Below, in pieces: positions 56,437 through 64,000 of a DNA stretch of 64,000 nucleotides. Every line of letters starts with the position of its first letter. Positions within the stretch are counted from its first letter, which is position 1. The DNA is taken from positions 160,001 to 224,000 of the forward strand of contig CAWFFN010000008.1 in the NCBI GenBank assembly GCA_963815115.1. Direction: 5' to 3'. The translations under genes were made by a program, and so were the position numbers. The notes under the pieces were generated by a model. It saw only the letters and a program-made list of their open reading frames with translations. It had not been told where the DNA came from and made no database searches. Source of the stretch: an uncultured delta proteobacterium (GTDB lineage Bacteria; Desulfobacterota; Binatia; DP-6).

Positions 56437-59036
56437 ATGGACCGCATGACGCGACGGCGCACCGTGTCGCTCGTACTGGTCCTGGTGGCGGGCGGGCTCG
56501 CGACGGCCGACGCCACCGTCCTCACGTGCCGGAAGAGCGCCGGCTCGAAGGCGGCGGCGCTCTACAAGTCGGTCGCCAAGACGTACGCGAGCTGCGCGCG
56601 GTCGCTCGCGGGGGGGAAGACCTGCGACAAGGGCGTGCGCGACGCCCGCGCGTCGGTGGCCCTGTCGAAGGCACGCTCCGCGGTGCTCGGCGTCTGCGAT
56701 GCGACGACGGCCGCCGGCCTCGGCTTCGCCAGCAACGGCGATCTCTCGGTCCGCCTCGCGGGGACGGCGGCGGGAGAAGGCCGCCAGGCCACGGACGGCG
56801 CCTACGGCCGCGACGCGACGGTGATGACCGATACGCTCGCGCGCTGCGCCAAGGTGCTCGCCACGCGATCCGCCAAGGCCGGCTCGTTGCTCGTGAAGAC
56901 GCTCACGCCGTGCGTCACGACCTGCCCGCCCGCGACGACCGCGAAGGTCGATGCCGCGTTCGCGAAGGCCGCCACCTCGGTGAGCCGTTCCTGCGCGCCT
57001 GCCGATCTGATCACGCTCGCCGGCACCGATCTCACGACGTACCTGGCGACCGTCCGCACCGGCGCGGAGCGGGTCGTCAACGCCTTCCATCCCGGCTTCA
57101 ATCCCGCGCTGAGCGTCGTCTCGCCGACGCCGTCGACGATCCTCTCGCCCGGCTCGCTGCCGACGACCGTCGACGTCGTGTCGCTCGTGGGCGCCATTCC
57201 ACACGCCGGCTACGTCATCGACGTCAGCGTGGCGGGCCTCGTGTCGAGCTTCGACACGGCCACCAACCACTTCACCCGCACCATCTCGGTGCCGACGCCG
57301 GCGGTGCCCGCCCTGAAGGCGACCGTGCCCGTCTCGCTCAAGTCGCACACGACCCTCGGCACGATCTCGACGACGGCGAACCTCCACTTCAACCTGGCGA
57401 GCCTCGCCCCGTCGGTCGTGATCGACACGCCCACCAGCGGAACGATCACGCCGTCGGGCTCGGTCACGGTCTCCGGGCAGGTGCTCGGCAACCTGCCCCA
57501 GGCCGACGTCCTGACGGTCGGCGGGACCGCCGCGTCGTTCAATCCCGCCACGGGCGCGTTCTCGACGTCGGTGGCGCTCGGCCACGCGGTCAACGTCATC
57601 GAAGCCACCGTGCAGTCGATCGGGCTCGGCACGTCCGACACCGACTCGGTCGTCGTCCTGAAGGGCGCCGCGCTCGGGCTCGGCACGCGCGTCCCGACCG
57701 GCAACTTCAACCGACTCAACAACTCGGGCTTCGTCCACGTGCAGAGCGTCATCCAGAGCAAGCTCGACCCGGCGTTCGACCCCTCGCAGTTCGTGGGCAT
57801 GTCCTTCGGCGGGCACGAGGTCCTCGGGTTCTCCACCGGCGCCAAGTCGGCGACCGTCGCGGGCGGTGGCGCGCACACGGTCGCGACGACCATCTCGATC
57901 AGCAACCTCCACCTCGACGCCGACGCCGGCAGCGGCTGCACCGTGCACTACGATGCCGCGAACGTCACCATCAACGCACCGGCCGACCTGCTCCCCGACG
58001 CGATGGGCGACCTCTCCGCCAGCGTCGACCCGATGAACGTGCAGGTCACCTTCACGGGCGATTCCGCCTCGGTGTCGGGGGGATCCTCTGCTCCATCGGC
58101 TCGTTCTTCACGGATGCCCGCGCCGAGATCCGCGCGGCGCTCCAGCCGGGCATCGCCGGCCGCATGCAGGACGCCTTCTCGTCCGCGCTCGCCCAGATCG
58201 ACGTCGGCGGCCCGATCGGCCAGGGGCTCGATGCGACGATCGACGCGATCTACGACGACATCGTCGAGGACTCGCAGGGCGTCACGTTCATCGTCGACTC
58301 GAACATCACCGCGAACAGCCCGATTCCCGATGCCCCCCCGATCACCCAGACGCTGAACCCGACGCCGGCGGGACCGCCGGTCCTCGGGCCGACCATCCCC
58401 TCGACGGCGACGCCGTACGACCTCGGGTTCTGCCTCACCGACGCCTTCGTGAACCGCGCGATGGCGGCCTTCATGCTCCAGGGGCAGTTCAACCTGTCCG
58501 TGACGCAGGTCCCGGTCGGGATGACCAACGTCTCGCTCACGACGGCGCTCGTGTCGGCGCTGCTCGGGGACCCGACCTACGATACCGCGTGCCCGAACTG
58601 CCCCGTCACCCTCGTGCTGAAGCCGAGCGCCGCGGCGGTCGCCCGCGGGCCGCTGGGAGGCGAGACCGGAACGGTCGTCCTGACGGTTCCCAACTACCAC
58701 CTCGACGCCGTCGCCGAGCAGGGCGGCGTGCCGCTCGCGCTCATCAGCGCCAACGTCACCTTCGACCTGCCCGTGACGCTCAACGTCTCCGGCGCGCAGA
58801 TCGCGCCCGTGGTCGGGGCCATCGACCTCACCAACGTCCGGGTGACGGACGATCCGATCGGCGCGGACCCGACCAAGTTCGCCACCGGCGTGACCACGCT
58901 GTTCCCGCTCGCCGCGCAGGCGCTCGGCGGCCTCTTCGCCGCCATTCCCCTGCCGTCGTTCGAGGGCCTCTCGGTCGCGGGCGTGGGCTCGAGCTACAAC
59001 GTCGGCTGCGCGGCGATCTATCTGAACCTGAACTGA
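56437..59036 (+). CDS. Large secreted protein: Cys-rich N-domain, Ig-like domains and possible BPI/LBP-like C-region; frameshift near 58080
   Basis: Signal peptide; VVIDTPTSG..VTVSGQV Ig-like segment. C-terminal half continues in the frame ending at 59036. Confidence 0.7.
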
Positions 59037-59058
59037 GCTGAGCCGTGCCGTGCCCGCC

Positions 59059-59445
59059 TCACTCCTCGGTCGCGGCGATCAACCACTGGCTCTCCAGCCC
59101 CGCCGCCCGGTGCGTCCCGATCTCCTGCACGTGCGGATCCGTCGCGATCGCCACGAAGGCCTGCCGTGAGGGGTATTCCACGAGCCCGATCATGTGGAAC
59201 CCCTCCCCGCCCGTGCCGATGACCTGTGAATCCACCCGCCCCACCCACAGGAACCGCCCGCCCTTCGACTCGACGAACGCCCGCATCGCCTCCGCGTAGC
59301 GCCGGTACGCCTCCTCTCCCGACACTCCCTCGTCCGCCCCGTCCGCGCGGCGCTTGAAGCGCAGGAGGTTCACCATCACCACCGGCCGGTCCGCGGGACC
59401 GGCCAGCAGGGTTTCGATCTGCTGCGGGGTCGGGTAGAGCGCCAT
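59059..59445 (-). CDS. DUF1330-family protein
   Basis: PVVMVNLLRF, AYRRY, LVEYPSRQAF, HRAAGL. Confidence 0.8.
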   Translation of the reverse strand: MALYPTPQQIETLLAGPADRPVVMVNLLRFKRRADGADEGVSGEEAYRRYAEAMRAFVESKGGRFLWVGRVDSQVIGTGGEGFHMIGLVEYPSRQAFVAIATDPHVQEIGTHRAAGLESQWLIAATEE

Positions 59446-59499
59446 CGCAGTCCTCCCTGCATTCGGATCGTGGCATTCGCGACGTCGCGCTTGGGCATT

Positions 59500-59913
59500 T
59501 CACTCCAGAGCCCGAGGAGCGTGCAGGGTTATCGGGAGTACTCGCGCATAGTGCTGGAAGTCGCCGTCAGTCGTCAGAATGCCAAGCCCGCGTCTGTGCC
59601 CGATCGCGCACAGGAGGAAATCCGCGTTTGATCCCTGGATCCCGCGTGATCGGCATAGGTTGTAGAAACTGGCCGCATCTTCGTAGTCGGCTGTGCTGAG
59701 GGGGAGGTCCGGGAACGCCCGAAAGCGCTCGCGAAGGAGTTCGAACTGCTCGCGCGCTCTCACGCCCGACAGCAGCTCCTGGCGGATCGGACCGATCACG
59801 GCGGCACGCCCCTCGCCGATCAACTCCTGCAGCTCACGGCGGAAGGGACTGTCCTGTTCTTTCTTCCGGCGCAGCGCGAGCGACCATACCGGCGTGTCGA
59901 CCAGGATGTTCAC
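59500..59913 (-). CDS. vapC: PIN-domain toxin
   Basis: ILVDTPVW, QELLSG, DFLLCA, TTDGDF. Confidence 0.9.
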   Translation of the reverse strand: MNILVDTPVWSLALRRKKEQDSPFRRELQELIGEGRAAVIGPIRQELLSGVRAREQFELLRERFRAFPDLPLSTADYEDAASFYNLCRSRGIQGSNADFLLCAIGHRRGLGILTTDGDFQHYARVLPITLHAPRALE

Positions 59914-60110
59914 GAACGGCGGCGTTGTTTCTTGTAGTCCCAGTGCGGATCGAACTCGATCGTGCCGAACAGATCGAGGATCTTCGACTGGCGCCTGCGC
60001 TGGACGTATTCCTGCAGCGCTTGGGTGACCGTCTCCTTCTTCGTCCGGTGGCCACCGATGGCGCGCGCCTCTTCGAGGAGCCGGTCGTCGATCGCCAGAT
60101 TCGTCGGCAT
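59910..60110 (-). CDS. vapB: VapB-family antitoxin
   Basis: MPTNLAIDDRLLEEA..TKKETVTQALQEY; 4-bp overlap with the toxin. CACAC-N6-GTGTG palindrome at 60122-60137 upstream. Confidence 0.88.
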   Translation of the reverse strand: MPTNLAIDDRLLEEARAIGGHRTKKETVTQALQEYVQRRRQSKILDLFGTIEFDPHWDYKKQRRRS

Positions 60111-60319
60111 GCGCATACTCTCACACAGGTCGGTGTGTAGCACAACCCATCCCGAGTCATGGCATCAGCAACGACACCATGTGCATGGCCTTCCCCCCAC
60201 GAGCCACGCCGACGGTCCGGGCGCATTGCATCGCGGCGGAAACTGGTGTGGCGGCGGAGTCTTCACGCTGTTCGACTTCCTCCCGTCGCAGGTGAGGGTG
60301 GACTCGGGGTTCCGCTGTG

Positions 60320-61856
60320 TCTCACTTCGGAGCTCCCTTTGGCGCGCGGGGATTGCGTCGGATAAGTTGCTCATGGCCCCTGCGGCCCCACCCTGGCGCA
60401 CGAAACCGTGGTACGCTGGAACGCCACGGCGGCGGAGAGCTCGGGAAATGGAGTGGTGCCTCCGAGCCCGTCGATAAGTTTGAGCCAGGGACCTTGCGAG
60501 CACCCCGGACGGTCGCCACGGCGACGTCGCTGTCGCCAGAGCACGCGTCCCAGGCTTCGATGACGCGGGTCCCGCGCCGCCGTCGCAGAAGGAGGGCCAC
60601 ACGATGGAGGTGTTGCCTGCCCGCTGTGCCGGCCGCGACGTGCATCAAGCGACGGTCGTCGCCTGCGTGCGACGCGCCACGCGGAAGGCGGTGCGCCGGG
60701 AGACCCGGGAGTTCGGGACGTGCACGCGGGACCTGCTCGCGCTCGGGGACTGGCTGCGCACGCACGAGGTCACCCACGTCGTGATGGAGTCGACCGGGGT
60801 GTACTGGAAGCCCGTCTGGCACGTCCTGGCCGGGTCCGTCGAACTCGTCCTCGCCCATGCGACCGCGGTGCGCAACGTGCCTGGGCGCAAGAGCGCCGTC
60901 CGCGATGCGGCGTGGTTGGCGGATCTGCTCGCGCATGGCCTGATCCGGCCGAGCTTCGTGCCCGCCGCGGCGACGCAGGAGCTCCGGGGGCTCACGCGGA
61001 CCCGGACGCAACTCGTGCGCGAGCATACCCGGCACGCGCAGCGCGTCCACAAGGTCTTGGAGGACGCCAACCTCAAGCTCGCCACCGTGTTGGCGGACGT
61101 GTTCGGCAGCGCGGGGCGCGCGATCCTGGCGGCACTGGTGGACGGGGAGACGGACCCGGCGCGCCTGGCCGCGCTGGTCACCACCCGGGTCCAGGCCCCG
61201 CGGGCCGCGCTGACCGCGGCGCTGCACGGGACGGTCACCGACTACCATCGGTTCGAGTGGCGCCTCCACCTCGAGCGCATGGCCCAGCTCGATCACGCCA
61301 TCGCGGAGGTCGAAGAGCGCATCACCCATGCGCGCGCCCCCTTTGCGCTCGTCGTCGAGCGGCTCACGACCATCCCCGGGATCAGCCCGACGACGGCGCA
61401 TATCCTGCGCGCCGAGATCGGCCGCGACATGACGCGGTTTGCCACGGCTGGGCACCTGGTGGCGTGGGCCGGCCTCTGCCCCCGCCTCGACGAGAGCGCC
61501 GGCAAGCGCCGCTCTGTCCGCGTCCGCAAGGGCGGCCGGTGGCTCAAGACCGCGCTCGTCCAAGCGGCCTGGGCCGCCATCAAGGTGAAGGACTCCTACG
61601 TCCAGGCGCAGTACGTGCGCCTCAAGGCGCGGCGCGGGCCGAAGCAAGCCATCATCGCGGTGGCCGCCTCGATGCTCGTGGCCGCCTACCACATGCTGCG
61701 CGACGCGACCAACTACTGCGACCTCGGCGCTCACTACTTCGACCGCCGCGACACGCGCCGCGTCGCCGCCCGCCTCGTGCGCCGCCTCACCCAACTCGGC
61801 TACGCCGTCGAACTGCGGCCCGCCGCTTGAGGTGTGCCGATCAGTTTCGTACCAGG
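60320..61856 (+). mobile_element. IS110-family insertion sequence (boundaries approximate)
   Basis: IS110 transposase with a ~280-bp non-coding 5' end, a short 3' end and no obvious terminal inverted repeats. Confidence 0.65.
60604..61830 (+). CDS. IS110 family transposase/recombinase
   Basis: GRDVH, MESTGVYW, PGRKSAVRDA, TIPGI, AEIG.DM.RF, WAGLCP..ESAGK. RBS aaggagg. Confidence 0.93.
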   Translation: MEVLPARCAGRDVHQATVVACVRRATRKAVRRETREFGTCTRDLLALGDWLRTHEVTHVVMESTGVYWKPVWHVLAGSVELVLAHATAVRNVPGRKSAVRDAAWLADLLAHGLIRPSFVPAAATQELRGLTRTRTQLVREHTRHAQRVHKVLEDANLKLATVLADVFGSAGRAILAALVDGETDPARLAALVTTRVQAPRAALTAALHGTVTDYHRFEWRLHLERMAQLDHAIAEVEERITHARAPFALVVERLTTIPGISPTTAHILRAEIGRDMTRFATAGHLVAWAGLCPRLDESAGKRRSVRVRKGGRWLKTALVQAAWAAIKVKDSYVQAQYVRLKARRGPKQAIIAVAASMLVAAYHMLRDATNYCDLGAHYFDRRDTRRVAARLVRRLTQLGYAVELRPAA

Positions 61857-62211
61857 CCTTTTCCGTCACCTTTCACGAAAAGGGCGTTCATGGCGCCTAT
61901 GTCCTGATCGTCGGGGCGGCGTATGCGATGCCCTCGGGCTCGATGCCGGCGTGCTCGCCGCCGCCGTGCGGGCGCGGTCGCCCGCGTGATCACGCCCGGC
62001 GTCACTCGTCGGCAAACACATCTGGTTCCTTCCGCCAATCGTCCAAACTGATCCTGAAATCGGGCGGAAATTTTCTGAGACGGCGGTGCTCACCGGCCTT
62101 CTTCAGTCGCGCATTCTCGTCCCATGCCCGCCTGTCCGACCCAACCCGCTGACTGCTGAATAGAGCGTCCGGGCGGGGGAGCACCAAGATGCAGAAGCAG
62201 GCCCGCGCGGG

Positions 62212-62531
62212 TCAGAGTCCGAGTGCCACGAAGTTGTCGCACAAGGCGACTGCGCTTATGGTCCCGTCGGCTGCGAAGCCGAGGGGGACCCCGCAATGCA
62301 CCTGTCCCAGTCCCCCCTCGTCGGTGAAGACGAAGCCCGGTTGGTCGGGCACCAAGAGCTCGTGGCATACACACGCGACCTTCATCTTGGCATGCTCCCC
62401 GGGGCTAATTGGGGAGCGACCTTCCCGATCAGCCTGTTGAACGTGTCCTGGTCGGTGGCGGCAGCAGGCCTCGCGGTGACCCCCCCCGCCAGCACGGCCA
62501 GCAGCCCGAGTGTCCAATACCGATGTGTCAT
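62212..62531 (-). pseudogene. Small secreted Cys-containing protein, frameshifted
   Basis: RBS aaggag; MTHRYWTLGLLAVLAGG..PAAA signal peptide, continuing in another frame as KVACVC..HCG..LCDNF. Confidence 0.35.
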
Positions 62532-62680
62532 TGGCGCATCCTCCTTACTGTCTCCGGCCGGCGACCTGCTCGTCGGCGTTCACTCCGGGGGCGTTCAAAC
62601 CGATCGAACAATGTACGGTCCGGTCCGGGTCGCGGGCCCGCGCCACGACAGTCGGCTACCAAGCGGCGGCGCGTCGACGC

Positions 62681-62928
62681 GGGTCCTTTCCTAGGCCCAG
62701 GCCGGCGGCGTGGCGGAGCGTGCTGGTGGTCACGGGCGACGCGCTCGAGGGCGAGCAGGTCATCGCGCGCGCGCACGTGCTCGCGGACAGCGACGTGCGA
62801 CGGGCGGGGCAGCGCGGCACGTTGCGCGTCACAAGCTGGCTCGCGGCGCGGCTGGGCGTGGCCTGTGCGGGCCCTACCGGCGGCGCCCCGGCGACGGGTC
62901 CTTCCCGGGCGGCCGGCCCGGCGTGGCG
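62681..62928 (+). other. Two lambda cosQ-like motifs, each followed by GGCGTGGCG
   Basis: GGGTCCTTTCC at 62681 and GGGTCCTTCCC at 62896; GGCGTGGCG at 62707 and 62920. Confidence 0.45.
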
Positions 62929-63017
62929 ACGCCCCGCAAAATACGCCCAGCGGGTGGGCGCTGCGAGGGTTTTTGGTGGTTGTTGCCCGAGCCGGGTTGC
63001 GCTAGCGGGCACGGAGC

Positions 63018-63525
63018 ATGCCAGGCGAGCTGATGTCGCAGGCCGCGTACGGCCGCCGCCGCGGGATCTCGCAAGCGGCGGTCTGGAAGCGGACGACGGC
63101 GGCCGGCGGGCCGATCCCGGTGCACGGGCCGAAGAAGCTGATCGACGTCGCGGAGGCCGACGCGCTGTGGGAGGCCACCCGCACGGTGCAGGGCGAGGCG
63201 GGGGCCGAGACGGCGCACGAGGCGCCGACGTTCCCGTCGGGCAGTGACCTGTCGCGGGCGCGCGCCGCGGCGCTGGTGGTCGACGTGCAGACCAAACGGC
63301 TCGCGCTCGAGCAGCGCCGCGGCGCCCTCATCTCCCGCGACCGGGCGGTCACCAGGGCGTTCAGCTTCGCCCGCATGCTGCGCGACGCCTGGCTCAATTG
63401 GCCGACGCGGATCGGCCCGCCGCTCGCGGCGGACCTCGGCGTCGAGCCGGCCGTGCTGGTACTCGCGCTCGAGGAGCTCGTACGCGCACCTCCAAGAACT
63501 GGCGAGCGAGCGCTGCGAGTTCTGA
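63018..63525 (+). CDS. Phage small-terminase (Nu1-like) protein; frameshift near 63486
   Basis: N-terminal HTH MSQAAYGRRRGISQAAV..IDVAEADALW; coiled coil ..RRGALISRD..ARMLRDAWLNWP.R..LAADLG..HLQELA. Confidence 0.65.
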
Positions 63526-64000
63526 ACGAGGGTTACCGACGATCAGGGTACGCTACGGTTCGCCCGCGCGGAGAGCGCGCGAAGCCGGATGAGTGCTCCA
63601 GAGCCGCGCCGGTAGAGGAAACTCCCTCTAGCGGCGACCATGGAAATTGCGGGCGTTGACCCATGGGGACGGTACCAGCGATACGCACGCGGCGGTACGC
63701 GAGCGGGCCGGTCGGGCTTCCAGGGCTTGCGATGGTCCGCGCGCCAGCATTCGAGCAGGTGGCAAATCGGCGCCAGGATGGCGGTGAAGCAAACTGCGCA
63801 AACGTAGGCTGTCAAAATGGCGCAGCACATTTTCCTTTCCCTTACCGGGCGCTGCGCTCGGACTGGACCACCCCCAGGCTAGCGGAGCAGACTTACGATC
63901 CAGGGTAGGAACGGCACGACGTTCGTATCCCAGCTGAGGATGCCGGAGCAGTTCGCATCGCCGCCTGAGGTCACGCCAGCGAGTGTATCTCCGACTAAGA

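Noticed and set aside
61857-62187. Short ORFs right of IS110 (including a VCDALGLDAGVL fragment)
   Set aside because: Too short and fragmentary to assign; probably gene remnants.
1-64000. CRISPR array, tRNA or rRNA genes
   Set aside because: No regularly spaced repeats or recognisable structural RNA genes were seen by eye; a covariance search was not run.

Overview
High-GC (~70%) bacterial chromosome segment. The gene repertoire (rpoZ-dnaJ-rpoH, xseA-xseB-ispA-tlyA, ctpA-tlpA-lgt, dtd-trmL, Cys-rich secreted proteins) suggests a deltaproteobacteria-like lineage such as Ca. Binatia; this taxonomy is inference. Clustered indels break many conserved genes and most likely reflect long-read errors. 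The main candidate for a new system is a ~21 kb aryl-polyene-like type II PKS/FAS cluster (~6.5-27.4 kb). It encodes 2 KS, 2 CLF-like proteins, an ACP, a KR, 3 hot-dog dehydratases, a stand-alone C-methyltransferase, a B12 radical SAM enzyme, an LpxL-type acyltransferase and a flippase-like protein. Its starter module appears to be a NosL-like tryptophan lyase plus a PaaK-like CoA ligase, which predicts an indolyl-polyene/lipid product; no thiopeptide genes are visible. Inside the cluster are a CRTAC1/ASPIC-UnbV gene with an in-frame UGA followed by a SECIS-like hairpin (candidate selenoprotein), a chromosomal Sul1/Sul2-like dihydropteroate synthase and two inverted copies of a three-hairpin REP/MITE-like element. 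The right end has vapBC, an IS110 with a long upstream non-coding end (bridge-RNA candidate) and duplicated lambda cosQ-like motifs before an orphan small-terminase-like gene. Family assignments rest on motif recognition and recalled reference sequences; no database search was run.
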